DNA of 45,445 nt from positions 1 to 45,445 of IMG/VR virus record IMGVR_UViG_3300036778_000052; one strand, written 5' to 3'. Below are positions 25,277 through 34,581 of the stretch, piece after piece. Under the pieces are notes generated by a model, which worked only from the letters and a program-made list of their open reading frames with translations, was not told the origin of the DNA and searched no databases. The stretch's first letter is position 1; every line of letters begins with the position of its first letter. Made by a program: the position numbers and the translations under genes. The DNA comes from a virus. Lineage: Duplodnaviria > Caudoviricetes.

Positions 25277-26440
25277 TTAGGAGTTGAGAAGCACGCCGAA
25301 ATCGGGACGGATGACTTTGGCGACCATGCCGTAGTCGAGGGTCAGCATCCACCCCGAGTTGCGATGCTGATAAGAGAGCTGGAGCCGCATGGGCAGACCA
25401 CGCATCATGATCAGCCGAGAGCTGACCTGGCCGTTGTTGACAAGCTCCAATGGCCTGACGGCCAAGGCGATTGCAAACCGGTGCATCGCAATGCCGGTGT
25501 AGGTCAGCCGGGTAAACGTGGCGGTTGCCTGGGTCGTACCTGCATAGGCCTGACCGAGGGTCAACGTCGTGTCGCTGGCCACCGCCTTGACTGGGTAGGC
25601 AATCGTGTCGGTGCCGAACGTTAGCCAGGTGCCAACCGGCGCCTGCGTGGTAAACGTCGTCGTGGTGCCGGTGACAGCCGTTGAGCCGGCAGTAACCGCC
25701 GCGGTGCCAGCCAGGGCAGCCGACTGAGCTGTCGGCGCCTGAACGTCATGGCGTCGCGCGAAGTTGAACGCCAGATTGCCAGCCGTGCCAAGCTCAGCCG
25801 TGCGCTCACGGACTGACTCAGCGATGACCGCGCCAACCAAGTTTTCCTGATACCAGTTGGTATCCGTCAACGTGTTGGCGTGCACGTCAGGGTGGTAAAG
25901 GATGGAAGCGTCAGCCGGGCCCGAGATGGGCACCTTATTACGCTTGAGCAAGTTCCACGCAAGCCGAGCATCTGTGACCTGCACTTCGGCAGGAGCCGTT
26001 GTGATGGCTGGATAGCTGGCCTGCTGGGGAGGCGTTGCCGTGGTGGGGAAGTTGATCGAGTTCAACAAGCCAAAGATTTGGCCGTTGGCGTATTCCATCG
26101 CCCGTTTGTAGTTCGGGTCAATGAACTGGTCGATGATGTTCGTGCTAGTTTGGAACTGCTCGAAGTCCCTGACCATAATGGCATAGCCAGGACGCTGGCC
26201 GAACGGAACATCGATAAAGCCAGGATTAACGTCCTGGGGGCTCCAGTCGTTAGCCGCCTGGTCGGTGTAAGCCCCGATGTCGGGGAAGTACACTCTGATT
26301 GTCTGGCCAAGAACAGCGACTTCGGGGCGCACGTCGAGGTAAACCGCGTTGAGCGCTTCGAGTTCGCCAACCTTGGCCTTGTTGAATTCACCAGCCGCGC
26401 CGGTGACGCGCTGTAGAAATGCATTAATGTCGTTTGCCAC
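25277..26440 (-). CDS. Major capsid protein (P22-coat-like HK97 fold)
   Basis: GQTIRVYFP, LKRNKVP, MHRFAIALAVRPL, LDYGMVAKVIRPDFGV; follows the scaffold. Confidence 0.85.
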   Translation of the reverse strand: MANDINAFLQRVTGAAGEFNKAKVGELEALNAVYLDVRPEVAVLGQTIRVYFPDIGAYTDQAANDWSPQDVNPGFIDVPFGQRPGYAIMVRDFEQFQTSTNIIDQFIDPNYKRAMEYANGQIFGLLNSINFPTTATPPQQASYPAITTAPAEVQVTDARLAWNLLKRNKVPISGPADASILYHPDVHANTLTDTNWYQENLVGAVIAESVRERTAELGTAGNLAFNFARRHDVQAPTAQSAALAGTAAVTAGSTAVTGTTTTFTTQAPVGTWLTFGTDTIAYPVKAVASDTTLTLGQAYAGTTQATATFTRLTYTGIAMHRFAIALAVRPLELVNNGQVSSRLIMMRGLPMRLQLSYQHRNSGWMLTLDYGMVAKVIRPDFGVLLNS

Positions 26441-26559
26441 TTGCAGTCATCCTTAGACTGTGTGGCCATCGCCCCGGAGGGCTCGGAGGATCGGGAAATC
26501 CTCAAGAGTTGATCGAACGAAACGCCTGCTTCCCGGCAGACTCGAAGCGCTCGAGGCGC

Positions 26560-26784
26560 TCAGGTGGTTGAGGTATAGGTGCCAGCCTTGATCGAAACCA
26601 AGGCGTTGAAAAGGTCCGCCGCCTGCTGACCGTAAAAGAACCTCACGGTGGAGGTTCCCTTATCGTTAATGTGGGTTAGAGCAAACACCCCCGTTGAAGT
26701 ATGGTAGATGCCGCTCTTGACGTTCTTTGCCATGATGTCCACGGCCGAGTTATCCGGTGCTGTTACATCGATGCCGATTGCCAT
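26560..26784 (-). CDS. Hypothetical head-region protein
   Basis: GGAGG RBS; compact ORF. Confidence 0.65.
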   Translation of the reverse strand: MAIGIDVTAPDNSAVDIMAKNVKSGIYHTSTGVFALTHINDKGTSTVRFFYGQQAADLFNALVSIKAGTYTSTT

Positions 26785-26796
26785 TAAGCTTGCCTC

Positions 26797-27045
26797 CTAC
26801 GGATTGTCGAACGGCGTGATTTGATCGGTCATGACTCTAATGAAATCGCCGTTTTGCCGCTGCACCATGTAATAGAGTATGCCGGTCCCTTCGCATATAT
26901 CCGACACCGTGGCAACTTCCTTGCTGTCGTTGAAATAGACTTTCTCGCCGATGGTAATCGCTCGGCCGCTTTTGTGGTCAGGTAGGACAATTCCGCCGCT
27001 GCCCCGGTAATCCCTGCCTTTTAGATAGGTGCGATACCCAGTCAA
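26797..27045 (-). CDS. Small SH3-like hypothetical protein
   Basis: IGEKVYF...ATVSDI...YYMVQ beta-barrel-like pattern. Confidence 0.55.
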   Translation of the reverse strand: MTGYRTYLKGRDYRGSGGIVLPDHKSGRAITIGEKVYFNDSKEVATVSDICEGTGILYYMVQRQNGDFIRVMTDQITPFDNP

Positions 27046-27653
27046 ATTTGACCACTCCTCTCTGCTTCACGTTGAGCGTCTGAGATTTCCGCGAAGTGCT
27101 CCATCTGCCACCGAGGATCGCTCCAGCGTGGGTCATCCCTGGCTGGCAACATGAATCCGGTGTCCCTGCCGCCTGGATTCTTACCCTGACCGGTGCCGAT
27201 ACCTGGTTTGACGACCGGAGCCGGTGGCGCGTTGGGGTCAACGATGTCAAACAGCCGAGCTCGGGCTGGCATGGCCTTCTGTGTCTCGATCAGCTTGCCG
27301 ATGGCCGCTTCGCTGGGCTCCTCACTCTCGGCCTGATAGCCTGATAGCGTCCAGAGGTCGTCAAGCGCTTCCTCAACGACACCCTTGGACTTGGCCACCC
27401 GGTTGAAGGCAGCCTGATGTCTGGCCAGCTTCTTCTCTTGCTCAAGCTCCGTGATCCGTGCCCTGAGCCCTTCCGTGTCGCCGTTGGCCTTCATGGCGTC
27501 CAGTTCGGCCTTAGTCTTGTCGAGCTCGCTCTTAAGCGCGTCACGCTGTTTAGCCAGCGAGGTGGCTGCTGCTTTGAACTTCTGCCTACCAGCGGCAATA
27601 CGGGCTACCAGCCCATCGTCTGTCCTGGTGGCCACTGCCGCTTCGTCACTCAC
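27042..27653 (-). CDS. Capsid scaffolding protein
   Basis: Coiled coil, then LF plus a Pro/Gly linker; between portal and capsid; AGGAG RBS before the GTG. Confidence 0.75.
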   Translation of the reverse strand: MSDEAAVATRTDDGLVARIAAGRQKFKAAATSLAKQRDALKSELDKTKAELDAMKANGDTEGLRARITELEQEKKLARHQAAFNRVAKSKGVVEEALDDLWTLSGYQAESEEPSEAAIGKLIETQKAMPARARLFDIVDPNAPPAPVVKPGIGTGQGKNPGGRDTGFMLPARDDPRWSDPRWQMEHFAEISDAQREAERSGQI

Positions 27654-27785
27654 TGCGATTCTCCTTTTCCTTCTGTTCCTTATCGTACTGAGCCACCGCT
27701 TCCTCAAACGCTTGCTTGACCAAATCCGAAGGTACGCCAGAGCGAACCAGAGAATTCCAGAGCTGCTGCTTGTGAATCTCGTCCA

Positions 27786-29297
27786 CTACTGCGATTCTCC
27801 CGCGTTAGGGTTAGCTGGATCCTCGTTCTCTTCGCCTGCACCTGAACCCTCTTCGTCTGGGTCAGGTGGAGCATTCACAACGCGCAAAGCTGGGTTAGCC
27901 TTCTCAAGATCGGCCTGATCAAGTGCGATCTGTTCGGCAATCTCGATAGCCTCGTCCCTGCCCACCCCGTACCAGTCTTGGATGAGCATCAAGTGCGACT
28001 TCAGTCCGGCTTGCACCTCACCTATGCCAAGTTCGAGCTTGTCAGGGGTATTCACCGCTAGCCTGGCTTGTGGCCAAGCCGTGATGATGTGGCCCTTCTC
28101 GCCAGCGGTCAGAAGTTCGCTCATGCCGTAATGGTTACCGCACAAGATCAACGTGCGCTTGCCCAGGTCCGTCTCGTAGGCACACCACATTGGGCGGCGA
28201 GTCTCAGCCCGTTTGATCAACGGCTCTTGCTCGACGATGAGCGAGATCCCTGATGCAACGCCCACTGTTTCCATCCGCACTGAGCTGCGCGGAATACCGG
28301 CTGCGTCGAGGGCCTGGAGGATGTAATTGTTGAGGTCCTCCCATGCCCCAGCCACATCGATTGTGACCTGCACATAGCCAATCTCGGCATAGTCGCCAGT
28401 CTCGTAGCCACCTGACACGCTAAGGTGCGGCATGGCCGATGGCAGCCGAATAAACCGCTGGGCCTCGAGGATCGGCTTCCACTGGTCCGGCATTCCCTTG
28501 GCCCAGGGAATCGGGTTGAGATGCTTGTGGATGCTCTCGTCAGTACGGAATAGCCGGTCGTCTATCGCTACTTCCGCTTTGAACAGGAACTCTCCCACTG
28601 CGACGACCATATCCAGTCCGCGAAGCGGAAGCCGATAATGAACGAGAGTAAATGGGAGGCAACCATAACCGTGATCAACTGGTGGCCCTACCGGGTAAAG
28701 AACCGTGCCATCGCTCAGATTGTCGGGCCGTTGTTTCTTGCTCAGGAACGTCCAGCACTGCGTGTCCGTCCACGCCCTGACCCTTGTCTGCTCATCGTAG
28801 CGGTCAATCGTGCAGATAACTTCAGGCACGTTAGCGTTATCAGGATCAGCCCAGACAACAAGCTGCTCCCGGCCCCAGAACCGGTATGTGATCGGCTTGA
28901 CCGCAAAGTCGCCGACGCCTGGGTCGATTTGGATCGCACAGAAGTTATTGAGGGTGGATTGCTCATCGGCTTCGAGCATCAGGGCGTTGATGTGGTTGTC
29001 TAGGTAGACTCGTTGGAGGAGTTCGTCGCCTGAGTCTTCTGACCATCGTCGGGCTGGTCCTGGGCTATAGAGATGATCACAGAGCTTCCCGACAGTTTCA
29101 TTGAGAAACCCGCTGCCCCGGTGAGAGCGTCCCTGATAATCAAAGCTACTCTCAGCATCTCTTCGGAATCGCCGTTCCCATTTGAAACCTTGATAGTGGT
29201 AGAAATCGAGCTTCTCCTGTGCTTGGTCGAGCCACTGCTTTTCGTTGGGGAGACCTGCTTCAATCTCCCGCTGGTATTTGCGTAGGTTTACTGGCAT
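27786..29297 (-). CDS. Portal protein (SPP1-like)
   Basis: 503 aa after TerL; HGYGCLPF, ASGISL and an acidic tail. Confidence 0.85.
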   Translation of the reverse strand: MPVNLRKYQREIEAGLPNEKQWLDQAQEKLDFYHYQGFKWERRFRRDAESSFDYQGRSHRGSGFLNETVGKLCDHLYSPGPARRWSEDSGDELLQRVYLDNHINALMLEADEQSTLNNFCAIQIDPGVGDFAVKPITYRFWGREQLVVWADPDNANVPEVICTIDRYDEQTRVRAWTDTQCWTFLSKKQRPDNLSDGTVLYPVGPPVDHGYGCLPFTLVHYRLPLRGLDMVVAVGEFLFKAEVAIDDRLFRTDESIHKHLNPIPWAKGMPDQWKPILEAQRFIRLPSAMPHLSVSGGYETGDYAEIGYVQVTIDVAGAWEDLNNYILQALDAAGIPRSSVRMETVGVASGISLIVEQEPLIKRAETRRPMWCAYETDLGKRTLILCGNHYGMSELLTAGEKGHIITAWPQARLAVNTPDKLELGIGEVQAGLKSHLMLIQDWYGVGRDEAIEIAEQIALDQADLEKANPALRVVNAPPDPDEEGSGAGEENEDPANPNAGESQ

Positions 29298-30754
29298 CAG
29301 AATGCGAAGGACTGAATCAGGGCGTCGGCAACGTCTGGTGAATGGCCGAGAATCTCAGCCCATTCATCTTTGTCGAGCAATTTCGTTTGATGGCCAACCA
29401 GTGAATATGTCAGAGGTCGTAACTCTTCCCTTAACTTCTCCAAATACGGTCCCGCACAGAAGGAAAACGGCACCTGCATGGCGTATGGGGTACGTAGATC
29501 CGCCACATGCTGGACATCGAGTCTGTTTCGCAATTTCCACGCTGCCTCTGAGCGTAAATTTGCGAAGTCCCTGTTCATCGGCGTGGATGATCCGCCATAA
29601 GGCCGAGCTGTCTGGAGTTTGTGTTTCACCAAATGATTCGGAAAATTCCTGCCTATCCCCAGCTTGTCGTATGACATTCTCTCTGGCGGTATGCCCCATT
29701 TCACTCCAAGCTTTCGCATGAGTTCGGCTGCTTCGGGTAGCCCCAGAGAGCTGCCGTAAATGCATTCGAGAACTGAAAAATCGTCCCTGACCATGAGGCA
29801 GGTACTGTCTCTTCCAACGCCTTCTCCGAGATCAACCGACAGCCTTCTGGACTGGTGCACAGGATGATCCGAGCGAGTGGTGGGGCGCAGTTGACTGTAA
29901 GCGAAGTCAAGCCAGGACTCTGGGATAAGTTGATCGGCACTGATTGCCGGGATGATTGCCAAGACATGGGATTTGTACCAGAGTGAGTTGATGCCATATT
30001 TTCGTGCTACGGACGCTAACCAAGTACTATCCGCAAGTCCAACCGGTGACTTCTCGATGTTGGCGTGTGGTGATTCCGTGGACGCAATCTGGATCGCGTT
30101 AACCGATAGCCTTTTCGGCACACCATCCGCCCGATCCTTGTCAGCTTGGCGGATGAGATTGACGAACTGCCCTTCTGCCCGAAGAGGATTTCCGTTGACC
30201 GCCAGCCGGTCGTAGCCAAGTGATTCGATGGCGTCCCATATCTCCTCTTCAACTCCCGATCCCTCAATGACGAGTACGAGCAATTCCCCAGCATGTTGTC
30301 CGCTAGCCCTCTCAACAGACTTTGTTGAAAAGCCCAGGGCCTGGTGCCCACCCCCAAGATTGACCTGCTGGGGAGACGCCTGGACTGCGGCCGTGATATG
30401 CGAGGTGAACGGGATGTCGACATTGGTTACTGCCCGTCTGATTTCCTTCCAGACGATGGAGCCGATCTGCTGCTGGGTTGGTCCGGTGACGATGACAAGT
30501 GAATCAGGTCTGGTGTAGAGCCACCATAGTATGAGCCGAGCAAAAGTGAAATCTTTGCCCAACATGTTGCCGCTATAGACAACTGTAGCCCGATACTCGA
30601 CAACACTTCGGCAGATTTCTCGTTGGTACTGTCGAGTCTCTGGATTTGGGTCAAAGCCTCTATTGCCGTCGTGGTCAAGGAAGAGATGGTTAAACAGCCA
30701 GGGGTCATCTCTGCACTCGATGAGGCATTCGGCGATGTCGTCGACAAGGGTCAT
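29297..30754 (-). CDS. terL: Terminase large subunit
   Basis: GNMLGKDF (Walker A), VTGPTQQQI, VLVIEGSG (Walker B-like), VDLGEGVGRDST and HSPDVADAL nuclease motifs. Confidence 0.92.
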   Translation of the reverse strand: MTLVDDIAECLIECRDDPWLFNHLFLDHDGNRGFDPNPETRQYQREICRSVVEYRATVVYSGNMLGKDFTFARLILWWLYTRPDSLVIVTGPTQQQIGSIVWKEIRRAVTNVDIPFTSHITAAVQASPQQVNLGGGHQALGFSTKSVERASGQHAGELLVLVIEGSGVEEEIWDAIESLGYDRLAVNGNPLRAEGQFVNLIRQADKDRADGVPKRLSVNAIQIASTESPHANIEKSPVGLADSTWLASVARKYGINSLWYKSHVLAIIPAISADQLIPESWLDFAYSQLRPTTRSDHPVHQSRRLSVDLGEGVGRDSTCLMVRDDFSVLECIYGSSLGLPEAAELMRKLGVKWGIPPERMSYDKLGIGRNFPNHLVKHKLQTARPYGGSSTPMNRDFANLRSEAAWKLRNRLDVQHVADLRTPYAMQVPFSFCAGPYLEKLREELRPLTYSLVGHQTKLLDKDEWAEILGHSPDVADALIQSFAF

Positions 30755-31065
30755 TCCTCTGGTTTCTTTTTCGCCCGCTGTTTGGCCAGCTTTTCCTTGA
30801 TCTTGCTCACGCCAGCTTCCATTGAGACTTCGCCTTGAGGTTCTTGGTCAGGGATTTTGCCCTCGATGCGCTCATACAGATATCGCCAGAAGTTGAAATC
30901 GCCACCAAGAGCAGCGGTGATGCCGGCCTGAACGAAAGGGTCATCCAGGTTGCCATCGTCGAGCAATTTGACGAGAGCGCTCGTGAAACGCTGCTTGCGG
31001 CTCGAGCCATTTGGATTGCCAGTTTGGCCTGGCTTGAACTGTGTTTCTTCGTTGGGAAACGGCAC
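30751..31065 (-). CDS. terS: Terminase small subunit (DUF5681-type)
   Basis: TQFKPGQTGNPNG motif; immediately upstream of terL. Confidence 0.8.
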   Translation of the reverse strand: MPFPNEETQFKPGQTGNPNGSSRKQRFTSALVKLLDDGNLDDPFVQAGITAALGGDFNFWRYLYERIEGKIPDQEPQGEVSMEAGVSKIKEKLAKQRAKKKPEE

Positions 31066-31100
31066 ACCCTAACCCACCTACCTTATCACCTACCAACAGG

Positions 31101-31301
31101 TTACATGCTCACAAGCAATCTGATTGCAAAAATCGCCACAAACGCCACCAGCACAATCCAGCCTATTTGGATCACCCACGGCGGGGGGTTAACGCCAGCC
31201 ACACGCATCACAACGATCAAGATGCCGATCACCGCAACGATGATGATCAGAGCGATCACGATCTGCGGTATCGAGTAGCCGGCTGCGATTTGGGCAATCA
31301 T
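31101..31301 (-). CDS. Small two-TM membrane protein (holin-like)
   Basis: Two long hydrophobic helices. Confidence 0.65.
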   Translation of the reverse strand: MIAQIAAGYSIPQIVIALIIIVAVIGILIVVMRVAGVNPPPWVIQIGWIVLVAFVAIFAIRLLVSM

Positions 31302-31840
31302 GGCTTCACCTTCTCGCTCTGCTTTTCGATGCGTGAGAGCACTTTCGCCGCCTCGTTGAAACTGACCTGGGCACGCTCAAGGGCTTTCTGCACACGGTCT
31401 TGATTCTTCTCGGCAGCTTCGAGCTTGGTGGTGATATGAGCCCGATCAGCAATCGATCGCTCGTTCTGTTCAGACAGCACCTCGATCTGAGGGGCCATCG
31501 CTTTGACGACAGCATCGGTTGCCGCGGCTACAGCTTTGTCGGTTTGGCCCTTGACGGCTTGAACGTGCTCCTCGAGCTTTTCAACGTGAGCAAGCGCCGA
31601 CCGGTCAACTTCATGCTGCTCGAGAGCCGCTCGAATCACGGTGGCCGCACCTACCCAAAGGGATAGGCTAACGATCATGACGCTGCCGATTGCGATCCAC
31701 TCCCAGTAACGGTATCGGGATCCGGTGTTTCCATTAATGTAGGTGGCCGGCGAGCGGCCTTGTAGAGTTTCTCCCATTGGGCTGCCCTTGTGTTCGCTTC
31801 GCTCATGCGAAGTTCCGCTGTTTCGCATTTGGTCCGCCAA
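31298..31840 (-). CDS. Single-TM coiled-coil protein (spanin-like); start uncertain
   Basis: TM helix followed by a long coiled coil; 5' part overlaps the upstream gene. Confidence 0.5.
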   Translation of the reverse strand: MADQMRNSGTSHERSEHKGSPMGETLQGRSPATYINGNTGSRYRYWEWIAIGSVMIVSLSLWVGAATVIRAALEQHEVDRSALAHVEKLEEHVQAVKGQTDKAVAAATDAVVKAMAPQIEVLSEQNERSIADRAHITTKLEAAEKNQDRVQKALERAQVSFNEAAKVLSRIEKQSEKVKP

Positions 31841-32037
31841 AGGTCCGTAAATACTTGCGCGTCCTTGACGTCAGCGTCCCGTTTGCTATCGCGAAACTTC
31901 GCATAAAGGGCAATCGCGCCCAATCCCAATGTCGATAGGCCGCCAGCCCAGACCACAATGTCACTAGGTGTGATAGCAGCAACCAGCGTTCCAATTCCAG
32001 ACATACCAGCCGCTGCCGTCCAAAATCTGTCGTTCAT
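31675..32037 (-). CDS. Holin-like membrane protein
   Basis: Hydrophobic N-terminal half, charged coiled C-terminus, GGGAGG RBS. Confidence 0.5.
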   Translation of the reverse strand: MNDRFWTAAAGMSGIGTLVAAITPSDIVVWAGGLSTLGLGAIALYAKFRDSKRDADVKDAQVFTDLWRTKCETAELRMSEANTRAAQWEKLYKAARRPPTLMETPDPDTVTGSGSQSAAS

Positions 32038-32124
32038 GTCGCCTCCCTGAGTAATCCGCGATATTCATGGGATACGGCATGATTTCCTTTCGGTCTTCTG
32101 CCTGTTTTGCCGATCATCTTCTCT

Positions 32125-32313
32125 GATGGCTCTCGCCTTACCGCGGGAGTCGTTTACGGGCCGGCTGGGTGTTATCAGCATCCAGTCGGCTCGGTTGGGT
32201 TAATGGGGCGGCCAGCCGTGTCGATAGCTGCCGCCCCGCCGTCCGTGGATTGGAGGGGCCTAGTCCAGAGGCTTAATCGCGGACTAGTATGGCTTTCGGC
32301 ATGTTTCGGCCCC
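32125..32313 (+). ncRNA. Candidate multi-hairpin structured RNA, antisense to the late operon
   Basis: Four consecutive stems. The G-U pairs work on the plus strand and become A-C mismatches on the minus strand. Confidence 0.45.
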
Positions 32314-32319
32314 ACTGGA

Positions 32320-32565
32320 TCAAGCAAGAACGGTCGCCGTCGTGACCGTGAACCCTTGCGGGCTGCTGTCCTGGGTGATAATGCTCACGGTGCCATCGGG
32401 CGGATTGGGGATGAACACCACAACCTGGCCAGGCGTCAGGCCAGCGGCGAAAGCCTGCTGGTCGGTCGTCTGAGTGGCGGTATCGGCGAGCAGGGTTGCC
32501 TGGTCAGTGGTAACCTGGGCGTCTGCCGCTAACAAACCTTGGAACATCGCTGCGGTTGCGGGCAT
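32320..32565 (-). CDS. Small Thr/Ala-rich hypothetical protein
   Basis: GAGG RBS before MPATAAMFQ. Confidence 0.6.
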   Translation of the reverse strand: MPATAAMFQGLLAADAQVTTDQATLLADTATQTTDQQAFAAGLTPGQVVVFIPNPPDGTVSIITQDSSPQGFTVTTATVLA

Positions 32566-32572
32566 CGGAACC

Positions 32573-32701
32573 TCACTTGGATTTGACGAATCGATTGAGC
32601 AAAACGCAAATAACCTTGAAAGCAACTGCAAAACCAAACACCCACGCGATTTGGTGGCTATCCAGCACAATGTAGTGGTGAACGGTATGGGTTATGTTCA
32701 T
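32573..32701 (-). CDS. 42-aa single-TM peptide (not in ORF track)
   Basis: ATGA-coupled; IAWVFGFAVAFKVICVLL. Confidence 0.45.
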   Translation of the reverse strand: MNITHTVHHYIVLDSHQIAWVFGFAVAFKVICVLLNRFVKSK

Positions 32702-33135
32702 CGAACATTCAACGTCCAGTTCCTGCCATCAAAGCTAATCCCAAACTGAGTTGCCGTGGGGGTTAGCAGAATTGCACGATGTGGAGGGCTCGCCAACCAC
32801 GCATCGTGAACCGCTTTTGATGTCGGTTGTCCAGACGCTACACACTGGCCCGCTCCGCACTGGAGCCAATGCCCCATCCCGTACTGGCTCTGCCACGAGT
32901 TGTTGGCCTGGGCTGAGCGGGCTAGGTTTGCGTCGTAGACGAGCGGTCGAAGGCCGACTTGCGTCCGAGTCTGATTCAGAAAGGATTGGTAGCCGGTAGG
33001 GTCTGTAGCCGCAGTCGCGATAAACTGTGAAATTCCAGGGCATGCCTCACACTTCCTTCCACACTTAATGCACTGGGCCTGTGCTAAACTGGAGAGCGCT
33101 CCGAGCGCCACGATGATTGTTGCAATCCGTTTCAT
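32698..33135 (-). CDS. Secreted CAP/SCP-domain protein
   Basis: Signal peptide; LNQTRTQVGLRPLVYDANLARSAQ and WLASPPHRAILL. Confidence 0.85.
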   Translation of the reverse strand: MKRIATIIVALGALSSLAQAQCIKCGRKCEACPGISQFIATAATDPTGYQSFLNQTRTQVGLRPLVYDANLARSAQANNSWQSQYGMGHWLQCGAGQCVASGQPTSKAVHDAWLASPPHRAILLTPTATQFGISFDGRNWTLNVR

Positions 33136-33323
33136 GTTCGTCCTTGGGTCACTTCGACTTCCTCACCATGCCGCCGCACTGGGAATCCGTATTCCCAGAT
33201 GTCATACCTTGCATACTTCGGCGGTGGTGCACATCCGTCACAAAAGGCTGTCAAACAAATCGCTGGCAAGTCTCGCACCGACTCATCGCGTGAGGATGGA
33301 TCTTTCGCCGTTTCTTTCGGCAA
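33132..33323 (-). CDS. Small Cys-containing hypothetical protein
   Basis: Fills the operon; ATGA overlap. Confidence 0.5.
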   Translation of the reverse strand: MPKETAKDPSSRDESVRDLPAICLTAFCDGCAPPPKYARYDIWEYGFPVRRHGEEVEVTQGRT

Positions 33324-33335
33324 TGGTGAGCCATC

Positions 33336-33890
33336 TCACGCGCCGGGTATCACCTTAATGTGGAGATCATCGCCCGGCTGAATCACGTTGGCCGGTGGCG
33401 TGGGAGTTGCCGGGGTCGGTCGAGTGGCTAGCCACCAGGCCGCCCCGGCAGCTACCCCCGCAAGAGATAGCGCTAATAGGATAAGAACGACCACCATCCA
33501 GACTGGAACGCCCCGAGCTTGAGGATAGACGGGTGGTGGCACGGGAAAGGGCTCGACGACGACCTGCGAGGGCGGAGTGGGTGGCGTCGGAGGCGCCGTA
33601 TTGTAGTAGTTGTGGTGCGTGTGTGTTTCCCGGCAGCGACTCTTAATCGACCCGTCTTCTTCGGTGGCTGCTGCTGAGCTGCCAGGTGTTGAAGCTGTCG
33701 CGGGCACGGTTCCGTTTTCTCCCACTGTGCTGATAGCCATCTCGTTGGCTTGGTTCCGTTGGGCCATCATCTGACTGATGCCGAGCTTATTGCGATCTCG
33801 AACCGTGCGTAAAAGCTCAAATTGATCTTGGACACCCACCAAGAACGGCAACTCCATCATGTCTCGGATGGTGCCGTCGATTCGGTTCAT
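33336..33890 (-). CDS. Pro-rich single-TM membrane protein
   Basis: C-terminal TM helix flanked by Pro-rich linkers; ATGA overlap. Confidence 0.7.
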   Translation of the reverse strand: MNRIDGTIRDMMELPFLVGVQDQFELLRTVRDRNKLGISQMMAQRNQANEMAISTVGENGTVPATASTPGSSAAATEEDGSIKSRCRETHTHHNYYNTAPPTPPTPPSQVVVEPFPVPPPVYPQARGVPVWMVVVLILLALSLAGVAAGAAWWLATRPTPATPTPPANVIQPGDDLHIKVIPGA

Positions 33891-34099
33891 TGGCTGGCTG
33901 GCGGCAGTTTGAACACGGCTGGTGCCGCTGCGGGAGCCGCCGCTTGTGGCTGAGCTACCGGAGGTGGGGTTACCACTACCGGAGGGATCTGGGTCACCGC
34001 CGCTACCCCGTCCGCATTGGGAATCACGATCACCACGCACGGGCCGGGAATGTTGAGTTCAGTGCCAGCGGCTACGGTAACCGGTTGGACGATAGTCAC
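33887..34099 (-). CDS. Small Pro/Val/Ala-rich protein
   Basis: GTG start (VTIVQPVTVAAG) just after the upstream stop. Confidence 0.55.
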   Translation of the reverse strand: MTIVQPVTVAAGTELNIPGPCVVIVIPNADGVAAVTQIPPVVVTPPPVAQPQAAAPAAAPAVFKLPPASQ

Positions 34100-34103
34100 T
34101 GTA

Positions 34104-34475
34104 TTACGCCTTTGTGATAGCGCCGGTTGTTGGACTAATTGAATAGACCGCAGGAGCGCCGGGGAGCTGCTGTTGGACGGGGAAAGTAACAGGCTGCCCA
34201 GGGCCGCCGCCTGACTGGGGCTGAGCGCCGGCAGATCGCTGAGCGAGGATCGTTGCAGCCAGAGTGGGGTCGGAACCAAGGAGCGCTTGCGCACCGACAT
34301 AGGTCACCAGTTGGGCTGTCATTGCGTCACGACGACGGGAGTCCATAGCGAACGCCTCGTCATCCGCATTTGCACGAATCAACTGCTGGTTGAGAACCGT
34401 TGCGTTTGCTACCGAGGCGTCGAGCATTCGATTTACGAATGCACTAGCCATCGTGTCATCTGCTACCGTCGCCAT
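34104..34475 (-). CDS. Hypothetical Ala/Gln-rich protein
   Basis: GAGGT RBS before MATVADD. Confidence 0.65.
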   Translation of the reverse strand: MATVADDTMASAFVNRMLDASVANATVLNQQLIRANADDEAFAMDSRRRDAMTAQLVTYVGAQALLGSDPTLAATILAQRSAGAQPQSGGGPGQPVTFPVQQQLPGAPAVYSISPTTGAITKA

Positions 34476-34479
34476 CTTG

Positions 34480-34578
34480 TTACCTCGTTTGCGGGGGTGA
34501 GAGAAGAACTGCAAAAGAACATGTGATCGCCACCAGTGACAGGATCAACGAAACGATGTTCAGGATAATACTCAGCAT
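34480..34578 (-). CDS. 32-aa TM peptide (not in ORF track)
   Basis: MLSIILNIVSLILSLVAITCSFAVLLSPPQTR exactly fills the gap. Confidence 0.5.
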   Translation of the reverse strand: MLSIILNIVSLILSLVAITCSFAVLLSPPQTR

Positions 34579-34581
34579 CGA

